Shown: positions 46,683-55,626 of the stretch, one piece after another
How the letters are laid out: every line of letters starts with the position of its first letter
Numbering within the stretch: position 1 is the stretch's first letter
NCBI GenBank assembly: GCA_963833225.1
Contig: CAWHXD010000006.1
Location: 96,001 to 160,000, forward strand
DNA: 64,000 bases
Reading direction: 5' to 3'
Origin: an uncultured Chloroflexia bacterium
GTDB lineage: Bacteria; Chloroflexota; Limnocylindria; Limnocylindrales; CSP1-4
Translations under genes and position numbers: made by a program
The notes under the pieces: generated by a model
Told to the model about the DNA's origin: nothing
Database searches by the model: none
The model's input: only the letters and a program-made list of their open reading frames with translations

Positions 46683-48580
46683 ACGGCGACCTGATCACGA
46701 CCGGCCGCGAGCGCGATCGTCGGCCCGTGAGGTTTGTCGTCTTCGGGATCGTGACGATCCTGATCTTCGCGGGTCTCACGGCGCGCCTCGCCTACCTCCA
46801 GATCACGAATGGCCAGACACTGTCAGCCACGGTCCAGCAGCAGCGAACCGCCGAGGTCGCGATCCCTGCGACCCGCGGCCTGATCTTCGACCGCAATGGT
46901 CGCCAGCTGGTCCAGAACGTGGCGACGTGGGCCGTGAAGATCACGCCCTCGGAGTTGCCCTATGCGCAGCGCGACACGGTGGCTCGGCAGCTCGCCGCGC
47001 TGCTGGGCATGGAGCCCAACGACATCCTGACCACGATCGACACGGCTCCGGGCTCGCGGTTCGACCCGGTTCGCATCGCCCAGGACATCCCCGAGGACAC
47101 CGCACGGCTGGTGTCGGAGTCGTCCGACGAGCTGCCGGGCGTGCAGGTCGTCGTCGAAACCCGGCGCGAGTATCCGGACGGTGCGCTGCTCGCGCACATC
47201 CTGGGTTACACGGGTCCGATCGATGCCGCGAGCTACGAGCGCCTGAAGCCGAAGGGCTACCTGGCGGACGACCTGATCGGCAAGACCGGCGTCGAGTCCA
47301 CGTTCGAGAGCGAGCTACGGGGGACCTATGGGATCGAGGTGGTTGAGAAGGACGCCACCGGGAAGCAGGTCCAGGTCCTGTCCAACAAGCAGGACGCTGT
47401 TCCCGGAGCTTCCCTCGAGCTCACGATCGACACCAAGATCCAGCGTGAGGCCACACAGGCCCTCAAATGGGGCATGCGCGCGGCCGGCCTCAAGCGCGGG
47501 GTGTTCATCGTGATGAACCCCCAGACGGGCGAGGTGCTTGCGATGGTCAGCCTGCCCTCGTACGACAACAACCTCTTCGCACGTGGCATCTCGAACAAGG
47601 ACTTCACGCGGCTGGTGAACAACCGCAACAAGCCGCTGACCAACCTCGCCGTCCAGGCCCACTTCCCGCCTGGGTCAACCTACAAGCTGGTGACAGGGAC
47701 CGGGGGGCTCGCGGACAAGAAGATCACGGCCCAGACCAAGATCCAGACGCACGGCTACCTCACGCTGTCGGGCGCGCGCTTCTACGACTGGAACCGGACC
47801 GGATTTGGGCCATGCAACATCTACTGCGGCTTCGGGCACTCGTCCGACACGTACTTCTTCCAGGTTGCGGGCATGCTTGGCGCCGACCGGCTCGCGTACT
47901 GGGGTCGCCAGTACGGGTTCGGTCGGCCGACGGGCATCGATCTCCCTGGCGAGGTATCCGGGATCGTTCCGTCCAACCAGTGGAAGATCGACACGTTCGG
48001 CCAGCCGATGTTCGGTGGCGAGGTCTACCAGTCGGGCATCGGCCAGGGCTACGACGTCGTCACACCGATCCAGCTCATCAATGCCTACGCCGCGCTGGCC
48101 AACGGCGGCAGGCTGTACCGGCCGCAGGTGGTCCGGGAGGTTATCGGCGCCGACGGTACGGTGCTTCGGTCCTTCGAGCCGGACCTCATCCGCAAGCTGC
48201 CGGTCACGCAGAAGACCCTCCGCGAGATGCGCTTGGCCGCGCGGACCACGGTCACCCTCCGCCACACGTACAACCTGGTCGATATGCCCGTCAAGGTGGC
48301 TGGCAAGTCGGGCACCGCGGAGTTCGGCCTCCGTGACAGCAAGGGCCGGCTCCCGTTCCACTCCTGGTTCGTGGGGTTTGTCGGCAAGAACCCCTACAAG
48401 GCAGACTTCGCGAAGGCGGACTCGCAGCTGGTGTTCCTTGCCTTCGCCTACGACTCCCGGACCAAGGGCAACGCGGGCACGGAGATCGCCAAGGCGTTCC
48501 TCCAGCTGCACTTCAACATCAAGAAGGACTACCTCAACCGCGACCTCCTCCAGCGCGGCAACTTCTACCAGAGCAACTAG
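46679..48580 (+). CDS. mrdA: penicillin-binding protein 2
   Basis: RGLIFDRNG, PGSTYK (SxxK), SSD (SxD), KSG. Confidence 0.93.
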   Translation: MNGDLITTGRERDRRPVRFVVFGIVTILIFAGLTARLAYLQITNGQTLSATVQQQRTAEVAIPATRGLIFDRNGRQLVQNVATWAVKITPSELPYAQRDTVARQLAALLGMEPNDILTTIDTAPGSRFDPVRIAQDIPEDTARLVSESSDELPGVQVVVETRREYPDGALLAHILGYTGPIDAASYERLKPKGYLADDLIGKTGVESTFESELRGTYGIEVVEKDATGKQVQVLSNKQDAVPGASLELTIDTKIQREATQALKWGMRAAGLKRGVFIVMNPQTGEVLAMVSLPSYDNNLFARGISNKDFTRLVNNRNKPLTNLAVQAHFPPGSTYKLVTGTGGLADKKITAQTKIQTHGYLTLSGARFYDWNRTGFGPCNIYCGFGHSSDTYFFQVAGMLGADRLAYWGRQYGFGRPTGIDLPGEVSGIVPSNQWKIDTFGQPMFGGEVYQSGIGQGYDVVTPIQLINAYAALANGGRLYRPQVVREVIGADGTVLRSFEPDLIRKLPVTQKTLREMRLAARTTVTLRHTYNLVDMPVKVAGKSGTAEFGLRDSKGRLPFHSWFVGFVGKNPYKADFAKADSQLVFLAFAYDSRTKGNAGTEIAKAFLQLHFNIKKDYLNRDLLQRGNFYQSN

Positions 48581-48592
48581 GCAGGTCCATCG

Positions 48593-49753
48593 ATGCGCGT
48601 GATGCGGGCAGAACCCGGGCGCTTCGCCGACATGACCACCCGGTCCGTCGGCCGGGTTGGCCGTGCCTATGACCTGCAGCTGACGGTTTACGCGGCGCTG
48701 CTCGCCGCCGTCGGCCTCGTGATGGCCTACACCAACAGCGTCGAGGCCGGGACCACGGCGCTCGGCCCGGACAGCATCTTCCAGCGGGCCCTGATGTGGA
48801 CCAGCATCGCGATGGTCGTGTTCATCGTGATGACCGCCTTCGACTATCGCTGGCTGCGGACGCTGGCGTGGCCGATCTACGGCGTCAACATCGGCCTGCT
48901 GGTCCTGACCTTCGCGATCGGGACCGGCGTTGGCGGCTCGTCGCGGTGGATCAACCTGGGGCCGATCTCATTCCAGTTCTCCGAGCTCGCGAAGATCCTC
49001 ATGATCACCGTTCTCGCGACGTACCTCGGCAATCGTGAGGGCAAGCTGGATTCGCTGGGCTCGATCGTTGGCGCGTGCCTCCTGATGCTCCCGGCATTCG
49101 CGCTGGTCATGATCCAGCCGGACCTCGGTACGTCGCTGGTCCTGGTCGCCATCCTGGCCGGGATGATGTTCATGTCCGGCGCGAGCCTGCTCTGGCTCCT
49201 GGCCGGCGCGCTCGGCGTGGTGCTCGCCATCCCGATCGCCTGGACATCCATCCTCCGCGACTACCAGAAGGAGCGGCTGCTGTCGTTCATCAACCCGGCC
49301 ACCGACACGCAAGGGTCCGGGTGGCAGGTGTTCCAATCGCAGATGACGGTGGGATCGGGCGGGCTGCTGGGGACCGGGCTCACCAACGGCGCCCAATCTC
49401 GCGGCGGGTTCCTGCCAGTCCAGGAGAGCGACTTCGTGTTCGCGGTTCTCGCCCAGGAGCTTGGCTTCGTCGGGGCGCTCGTCGTGTTCCTGCTGTTCGT
49501 CGCGTTGCTGTGGCGGATCCTCTCGAGCGCCTGGAAGTCGAAGGACCCGTTCGGCACCCTGTTCGGGGCTGGCCTGGCGTCGATGATCCTGTTCCAAGTG
49601 TTCGTCAACGTCGGGATGGTGATCGGGATCATGCCCGTGACCGGGATCCCGCTTCCATTCATCACCCACGGAGGGGCCTCTCTGATCAGCCTCGCGATCG
49701 GGCTGGGCATTCTTCAGAGCATCAACCTGCGCCAGGAACGAGCTGAGTGGTAG
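48593..49753 (+). CDS. rodA: SEDS family rod shape-determining protein
   Basis: RWI..QFSELAK, QPDLGT, DFVFAVLAQELG, GIPLPFITHGG. Confidence 0.93.
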   Translation: MRVMRAEPGRFADMTTRSVGRVGRAYDLQLTVYAALLAAVGLVMAYTNSVEAGTTALGPDSIFQRALMWTSIAMVVFIVMTAFDYRWLRTLAWPIYGVNIGLLVLTFAIGTGVGGSSRWINLGPISFQFSELAKILMITVLATYLGNREGKLDSLGSIVGACLLMLPAFALVMIQPDLGTSLVLVAILAGMMFMSGASLLWLLAGALGVVLAIPIAWTSILRDYQKERLLSFINPATDTQGSGWQVFQSQMTVGSGGLLGTGLTNGAQSRGGFLPVQESDFVFAVLAQELGFVGALVVFLLFVALLWRILSSAWKSKDPFGTLFGAGLASMILFQVFVNVGMVIGIMPVTGIPLPFITHGGASLISLAIGLGILQSINLRQERAEW

Positions 49754-49761
49754 GCCGGACC

Positions 49762-51069
49762 ATGCCTCGCGGCGTGGTCACCGCGGCGCTGGGGATCCTG
49801 GGAATCCTGCTGCTTGCCCCCACCGCCCTGGGCGCTGCGGGCCCGCTGCTCCCGCACGTCCCGCCCGTCCCCGCCGCAGGCGGTGAGGAGATCACGCCGA
49901 TCCTCGCCGGCCTGTTCATCCTCCTCCTCGGCGCCAAGCTGGGCGAGGAGATCCTCCGACGGCTCGGGCAGCCCGCGGTCGTTGGCGAGCTGCTCGGGGG
50001 GTTCATCGTTGGCCCCTTCGGCCTGGGGCTCGTCCAGCCCGGCGAGACCGCGCTGTTGTTCGCCGAGCTGGGCGTCGTCATCCTGCTCTTCTCGGTCGGC
50101 CTCGAGGTCCGGACCGACGACCTGCTCAAGGTCGGCAAGCCGGCGGTCCTGACGGCCGTCATCGCCATGATCCTGCCGCTCGCCGGCGGGTTCGCCCTGA
50201 CCGCCGCGATGGGCGAGCCGACGCTGGCGTCGGTGTTCGTCGGGCTCGCGCTCGCGGCCACCAGCATTGGCATCACCAGCCGCGTCCTGCGGGACCTGGG
50301 GGTGATGGACCGGACATTCGCAAGGGTCGTGATCGGGGCGGCCCTGGTGGACGACATCCTGGCGCTCGTCCTGATCGGCCTCGCGGCGGGGGCCGCGGAT
50401 GGCGACCTCACGGCGGGGACCCTGCTGGTGGGCGTCGCGGGGATCGGGCTGGTGCTGCTCGGGTTCGTGATCGCCCGCCGCGCCCGGGGCCTGCCGTCGA
50501 CGGCCTTCACGTGGCCGCTGTTCGCGGACACACCCCTCGTGCCCGCGTTCCTGATCATGCTCGCGGTGGCGCTGGTGGCCATCGTCGTCGGCCTTGCCGC
50601 CATCATCGGGGCGTTCGTGGCCGGCCTCGTGGTCGCCGAGACCGAGGCCGCGGATGAGCTGGAGCACGACATCAAGCCGCTGGCGTCGATCTTTGTGCCG
50701 TTCTTCTTCGCGGTCACCGGGTCACAGCTGGACCTGTCGGCGCTGCTCGACCTTCCGATCGCCGTGCTCGCCATCGCCCTTGCCGTCATCGGGGTCATCA
50801 CCAAGGCGGTGGGTGGCCTGGCCGGCGCCTGGTCCATCGGGCGCTGGGGGGCGATCTCCGTGGGCTTCGGCATGGTGCCTCGCGGCGAGGTTGGGATCGT
50901 GGTGGCGAACCTTGCGCTCACCGCGGGCGTGGTAGGGGCGGACCTGTTTGCCGCCATGCTGGTCGCGGTCGTCCTGACGACAGTCGCCGCCCCGTACCTC
51001 CTGGCGTGGTCCGTGCCCAGGGCGAAGATCGAGGCAGGGGCACCCGCCGAGAGCGCTCGCACCGGCTGA
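49762..51069 (+). CDS. cation:proton antiporter (CPA2)
   Basis: GQPAVVGELLGG, ATSIGI, AALVDD, GMVPRGEV. Confidence 0.9.
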   Translation: MPRGVVTAALGILGILLLAPTALGAAGPLLPHVPPVPAAGGEEITPILAGLFILLLGAKLGEEILRRLGQPAVVGELLGGFIVGPFGLGLVQPGETALLFAELGVVILLFSVGLEVRTDDLLKVGKPAVLTAVIAMILPLAGGFALTAAMGEPTLASVFVGLALAATSIGITSRVLRDLGVMDRTFARVVIGAALVDDILALVLIGLAAGAADGDLTAGTLLVGVAGIGLVLLGFVIARRARGLPSTAFTWPLFADTPLVPAFLIMLAVALVAIVVGLAAIIGAFVAGLVVAETEAADELEHDIKPLASIFVPFFFAVTGSQLDLSALLDLPIAVLAIALAVIGVITKAVGGLAGAWSIGRWGAISVGFGMVPRGEVGIVVANLALTAGVVGADLFAAMLVAVVLTTVAAPYLLAWSVPRAKIEAGAPAESARTG

Positions 51070-51109
51070 CGACCCTGCGTGGGCCGACGGCTCCGCGGTG
51101 GCCGGACGC

Positions 51110-51805
51110 TCAGCGTCGGCGGAACAATCCCTTCTTGCGGCCGTTGCGCTCGACGGCGGCCACCCGTCGCCCGTGGCGACGCAGGAGTGCGTCGATCTCG
51201 GCCTGGTAGGGCCTCCCGATCGGTGTTCGGTCCAGCCACTCGAGATACTCGAGATCCCGGCGAGCGACCTCACCCAGGGTCCAGCCCTCGTAGCGTCCGA
51301 AGGTGATGATGCTCCCGGACGGGTTCCCCGGCGGCGGACCGGCGGCGCCGGAGCCCATCGTCCGGGTGTCGTACTGGTGGCCCTCGGTCGATCGGCCGCT
51401 CGGTCGATTGGGTGAGGATCGCTCAGCACGGGCGGTGAACTGGCCCGTGGCCGGATCCTGCATGCCCGGAAGCGGCCAGGTCCGGGCGGGTTCCGGTGAG
51501 GTCATCGTCGTCCCGGGTGGCTGCCCGTGACCGCGATCCTGGGCGTGGTCCTTGCCGTCCGCGGCCACGACGCGGGCGCTCGTTCCCTCCGTGCGCACGC
51601 GAGCTCGGTCGACTGACGCACGACGGACGGGGTCTCGGAGCTGTTCCCAGGCCTGGTTGATCTGGACCATCCTGGCGACGGAATCCGGTTCCACGGACAC
51701 GTCGGGGTGGAACTTACGCGCCAGCCGCTTGTAGGCGACCTCGATGACCTCGTGATCGGCCGCCGGGTCCACCTGGAGGACCTTGTAGGGGTCGGGTGTG
51801 CTCAC
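51110..51805 (-). CDS. J-domain protein with a C-terminal FGRY..TLGEV..YLEWL domain
   Basis: DPYKVLQV, AYKRLARKFHPD, INQAWEQL. Confidence 0.85.
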   Translation of the reverse strand: MSTPDPYKVLQVDPAADHEVIEVAYKRLARKFHPDVSVEPDSVARMVQINQAWEQLRDPVRRASVDRARVRTEGTSARVVAADGKDHAQDRGHGQPPGTTMTSPEPARTWPLPGMQDPATGQFTARAERSSPNRPSGRSTEGHQYDTRTMGSGAAGPPPGNPSGSIITFGRYEGWTLGEVARRDLEYLEWLDRTPIGRPYQAEIDALLRRHGRRVAAVERNGRKKGLFRRR

Positions 51806-51956
51806 GACCCGTACATACGATTTCGAACTCGCGCACGTCGAACTTACGCGCGTCCACCTTCGCGTGGAGGCATCGTTTCGGTCCGGGTCATCGCGGCGCG
51901 AGACGACGTTCCCGTTCCGCACGACGGCTGGCTCCATCGGCGGCAGACTAACACCT

Positions 51957-52823
51957 GTGAATACGGCTCCAGATGGCTCCAAGGGACTACCCGGTACGGC
52001 CTCGACCCCTGCTCGCGAGGCGGTCCAGCGGTGGCGACTCGTGCTGGCGCGTGACGCCACCGCGCCCGACGCGGCGCAGCGGGAGCAGCTCGGCGCTTGG
52101 GAGGCTGCCCTGACCAGCTCCGGACTCCCCGTGGCCGGCCTCGACGCTGCGAAACGCCGGGCCCGCTTCGCCGTGGCCGCTCCTCTGGCCGCCGCGATCC
52201 CGGGTGAGGGGGAGCTCATCGACGTCTGGCTGGTCGACCGATTGCCGGCGTGGCGCGTTCGCGAGGCGCTCGCGGCCTGCATCCCGAGCGGCTGGCACCT
52301 GGTAGACACGTACGACGTGTGGCTCGGCGAGCCGGCGTTGCCGGGACGAGTCGTGGCGTCCGTGTACCGTGCGAGCCTGCCGCCAGGTTCCGTGCCGGCG
52401 GCCACCCTTGCCCGCGCAGCGCTCGAGCTGCTCGGTTCGCCCGAGCTTCCGCGTGAGCGGCGGAAAGGAGAGACGTCAGTCGCCTACGATCTGCGCCCGT
52501 TCCTCGATGATCTCACGGTGGAGGAGGCACCCGGCGACGGGTCACTGATCGTGCGCATGACGCTCCGGCACGATCCCGAGAAGGGCATTGGCCGGCCGGA
52601 GGAGGCCCTGGCGGCGCTCGGCGAGCGACTGGGCGCCGCTCTCGAGCCGGTCGCTCTCGTCCGCGAGCGCCTCGTGCTCGGCGCGCCACCTCCCTCGTCA
52701 CGGCCGGCACCCGGTCGGCGGATGGTTCGCCAGGGGCCGGGAAGCATCCCTTCTTCTGTGCCGGACCGTCAGGACGCTGACGGCCAGGGCCGGAGGAGCG
52801 CAGCGAAGCGCCCGGCCCCGTAG
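51957..52823 (+). CDS. DUF2344 (radical SAM-linked) family protein; native stop displaced by the IS
   Basis: WEAALTSSGLPV..RFAVAAPLAA..GEGELIDVWL; YDLRPFL; GRPEE; native end reconstructs as ...RQGPRPL* (TGA 54171-54173). Confidence 0.7.
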   Translation: MNTAPDGSKGLPGTASTPAREAVQRWRLVLARDATAPDAAQREQLGAWEAALTSSGLPVAGLDAAKRRARFAVAAPLAAAIPGEGELIDVWLVDRLPAWRVREALAACIPSGWHLVDTYDVWLGEPALPGRVVASVYRASLPPGSVPAATLARAALELLGSPELPRERRKGETSVAYDLRPFLDDLTVEEAPGDGSLIVRMTLRHDPEKGIGRPEEALAALGERLGAALEPVALVRERLVLGAPPPSSRPAPGRRMVRQGPGSIPSSVPDRQDADGQGRRSAAKRPAP

Positions 52824-54152
52824 CGCTGCCAGGTCCCGTTGAGCCGCAGGAGCCGCAGACGGACGAGGGCGGACACGCCGCGCCGGAACCAGCTCATGCC
52901 ACGGGCCTTGAAACGGCGGGCGACAACGATGTCGACCGCCTTCTCCATCGGACCCGAGGAGGCGAGCGGCACGATCGCGTAGTTCTCGATCGCCCGGCGG
53001 TTGGTGGCGACGTAGCCCCAGACCGCGGTGAGCTTGTCCGAGCGGGCGAGGTCGGCCCCCGCCTCCTCGTACGCCCAGCCGGCGAGCAGCTCGAGCAGGC
53101 CGTCGGCGTCCCCCGGCGCCGCGACCGCGAGAGCCTGCTCGAGGCGGTCGGGCCGCTCGTCGCCGATGGCCCGCCGGAGGGCCTCGACGAGGTGGTACCA
53201 GTCGAGCAGCTCGATCGCGTCCGGGAAGCTGCGCTCCCGGATCCAGCGGATGCTGGCCGCGCCGTCGGACACGAAGTAGATCCGGTCGGCCTCGAACACC
53301 CCGAGCCCCGTGCACAGGGCGGTGAACCGCTCGGCGAAGCCGGTCCAGGTCTCGGTGCCGGCGTCGAGGGTGCGGCCCGTCAGGGCTCGCCGGTTGCGTC
53401 CGGTCCGCCTCGCCCCATCGAACACGAGGCCGATCTTGACCTCGAGCTCGGTCCCGCTCGCGCGGTCGTGGACCATCGTGCCGTCGACGCTGACCCAGGC
53501 GGTGCCGCCGCGTCTTGGCCGGTCGCGTCGGTCGGGATGGGCGCCCAGCAGGGCCTCCGTCTCGGCGGCCCTCGCTGCCTCGAGCGCCGCACCCTCGCTC
53601 GCCACCCAGCGGTGGAGCTCGCTGCGCCCGATCGACCAGCCGCGCAGCTCGCCCGCGGTCTCGGCGGCTTTCGCATAGCTCATCTCGGTCACCAGCCACA
53701 GACCGCGCTCGCGGACACCGAGGGTGTGCTGGGTCCGGGACTCGAGCCCGAGGGCGACATCGAGCGGCACGGTCTCGGTCCCGCACCCGGTGCAGCGGTA
53801 CCGGCGGCGCCGGAGCTCGACCTCACCCGTGAGCGTCACCAGCCGCCGCGGCGCCCGACCGTTCGCCTTCACGGCCCCGCCACAGCCCTCGCATGCGGCG
53901 GGTGTCGGCAGAGACGCCTCGAGCTGGGTCACGAGGGCCCGCCACAGGGCGGTCCCGACCTCGGCCAGGGCCGCGCTCACGGTGCGCTCCAGCGAGCCGA
54001 CGTCCGCGTGGTCCGTCGCGAGATGCACCTGCACCGGGACCGTACACTCCATCGCGAGCCCCTCGTCACTGCTGCTGATGTCAGAACCAACAGCGTGACC
54101 GAAGGGGCTCATCTCGTTCCGGCCGGCCCAGCACAGACGTTGGGATGCTTAC
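52740..54152 (-). mobile_element. insertion sequence of ISLre2/ISKra4 (p-MULT) type
   Basis: Imperfect TIRs GGAAGCATCCCTTCTTCTGTGCCGG and (reverse complement) GTAAGCATCCCAACGTCTGTGCTGG; 9-bp direct repeat CAGGGGCCG at 52731-52739 and 54153-54161. Confidence 0.9.
52769..54052 (-). CDS. transposase (UPF0236 / ISLre2-ISKra4-like DDE)
   Basis: CEGC..CTGC zinc finger, VDGT, SDGAASI, LDWYH, SSGPME..RRFKARGMSW. Confidence 0.9.
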   Translation of the reverse strand: MECTVPVQVHLATDHADVGSLERTVSAALAEVGTALWRALVTQLEASLPTPAACEGCGGAVKANGRAPRRLVTLTGEVELRRRRYRCTGCGTETVPLDVALGLESRTQHTLGVRERGLWLVTEMSYAKAAETAGELRGWSIGRSELHRWVASEGAALEAARAAETEALLGAHPDRRDRPRRGGTAWVSVDGTMVHDRASGTELEVKIGLVFDGARRTGRNRRALTGRTLDAGTETWTGFAERFTALCTGLGVFEADRIYFVSDGAASIRWIRERSFPDAIELLDWYHLVEALRRAIGDERPDRLEQALAVAAPGDADGLLELLAGWAYEEAGADLARSDKLTAVWGYVATNRRAIENYAIVPLASSGPMEKAVDIVVARRFKARGMSWFRRGVSALVRLRLLRLNGTWQRYGAGRFAALLRPWPSAS

Positions 54153-54169
54153 CAGGGGCCGCGTCCCCT

Positions 54170-54199
54170 TTGACGGCCTGAACGTATTCGCCCTACACT
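54170..54199 (+). promoter_or_regulatory. sigma70-type promoter of rplU-rpmA-rpmE
   Basis: TTGACG, 18 bp spacer, TACACT. Confidence 0.75.
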
Positions 54200-54285
54200 C
54201 TCCGTTCGCGCCCGCGATGGTCGCTGGGCGTTTCTCCGTGTCCACGTCGCGGTCGCCCGCGGCCGCATCGCTTTTCCGAGGACCC

Positions 54286-54939
54286 ATGTACGCAGTCATC
54301 GAGACCGGCGGGAAGCAGTACCGCGTCGAGGTCGGCACCGAGCTTGAGGTGGAGCTTCTCGACGTCGAGCCGGGCCAGAACATCACGCTGGACCGCGTGC
54401 TCCTCATCGCCGACGGAGCCGAGGCCGCAGTCGGCACGCCCATCGTGGATGGAGCGGCCGTCGAGGCCGAGGTCGTCGGCGCAACCCGCGGCCCGAAGCT
54501 CATCGCCTTCAAGTACCGGCCGAAGGCCCGCCGCCGGGTCAAGAAAGGCCATCGGCAGGACCTGACCGTGCTTCGGATCGCCGATATCCGCTTTGGCGGC
54601 AAGTCCGCGGCGGAGACCGAGGCGAAGGCCAAGCCGTCGAAGGCTGACGAGAAGCGACGCCTCACCGAGGCTGCCGCCCGCCAGGCCGCCGAGGACGCCG
54701 CGCTGGCCGAGAAGCTCAAGGTTGCCGCGCCGGCCCCGGCCGAGCCTGAAGCCGAGGCGGCTCCCGCTCCGAAGAAGACGCGTGCCAAGGCCGCGACCGC
54801 AAGGGCACCCAAGGCCAAGGCCGCAACCGAGACCGAGGTCGCCGGCGCGCCCGTTGAGGACGCCGGTGGCAAGGCTGCCGCCGAGACTCCCGCGGCGGCG
54901 CCCCGCAAGCGCGCCCCGCGCACCAAGAAGGACGAGTAA
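54286..54939 (+). CDS. rplU: 50S ribosomal protein L21 with a long Ala/Lys/Glu-rich tail
   Basis: MYAVIETGGKQYRV, GHRQ. Confidence 0.96.
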   Translation: MYAVIETGGKQYRVEVGTELEVELLDVEPGQNITLDRVLLIADGAEAAVGTPIVDGAAVEAEVVGATRGPKLIAFKYRPKARRRVKKGHRQDLTVLRIADIRFGGKSAAETEAKAKPSKADEKRRLTEAAARQAAEDAALAEKLKVAAPAPAEPEAEAAPAPKKTRAKAATARAPKAKAATETEVAGAPVEDAGGKAAAETPAAAPRKRAPRTKKDE

Positions 54940-54942
54940 CCG

Positions 54943-55224
54943 ATGGCGCACAAGAAAGCGGGCTCAAGCTCGAAGAACGGCCGCGACTCCGTTGGCCAGC
55001 GGCTCGGCGTCAAGGCCGGTGACGGCCAGCTCGTGACGGCCGGGTCGATCATCGTGCGCCAGCGAGGCATGACCTTCAAGGCGGGCGAGAACGCGGGCCT
55101 CGGCCACGACTACACGATCTTCGCCAAGGTCGACGGGAAGGTGCGTTTCGAGCACGAGACCCGCGACAAGAAGCGCGTCCGGATCATCCCGGTGGCGGCC
55201 GAACCGGTCGCGACCGAGGCCTGA
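54943..55224 (+). CDS. rpmA: 50S ribosomal protein L27
   Basis: [25 protein letters not shown]. Confidence 0.98.
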   Translation: MAHKKAGSSSKNGRDSVGQRLGVKAGDGQLVTAGSIIVRQRGMTFKAGENAGLGHDYTIFAKVDGKVRFEHETRDKKRVRIIPVAAEPVATEA

Positions 55225-55300
55225 CCGACCGGACCCGATCACACAGCGGCGACCACCGGCGGGCTCGGACCCGTACGGACGGCGCCTGAGGAGCACTCGC

Positions 55301-55513
55301 GTGAAGCCGAACATCCATCCCAAGTATCACCAGGCGAAGGTCCACTGCGGCTCGTGCGGCACGGACTTCGAGCTCGGCTCCACGCGCGAGGAGCTCCGGG
55401 TGGACGTGTGCAGCAACTGCCACCCGTTCTTCACCGGCAAGCAGAACATCATCGATACGGCCGGCCAGGTGGAGCGGTTCCAGCGCCGCCTGGATCGCCA
55501 GGCCCGCGCCTGA
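55301..55513 (+). CDS. rpmE: 50S ribosomal protein L31, Zn-binding type
   Basis: MKPNIHPKY, CGSC, CSNCHPFFTG. Confidence 0.97.
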   Translation: MKPNIHPKYHQAKVHCGSCGTDFELGSTREELRVDVCSNCHPFFTGKQNIIDTAGQVERFQRRLDRQARA

Positions 55514-55545
55514 CGGCCCCCCGGGCGTAGCCCGACAACAGCGAG

Positions 55546-55570
55546 ACGGCCCCGCCGATGGCGGGGCCGT
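55546..55570. terminator. hairpin between convergent genes
   Basis: ACGGCCCCGCC-GAT-GGCGGGGCCGT, 11-bp stem. Confidence 0.65.
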
Positions 55571-55626
55571 GCTGATTCCCGGGAGGGTTCGCCCGGCCGG
55601 GGGACGCCGGCCGGGCGAGGGGTCTG

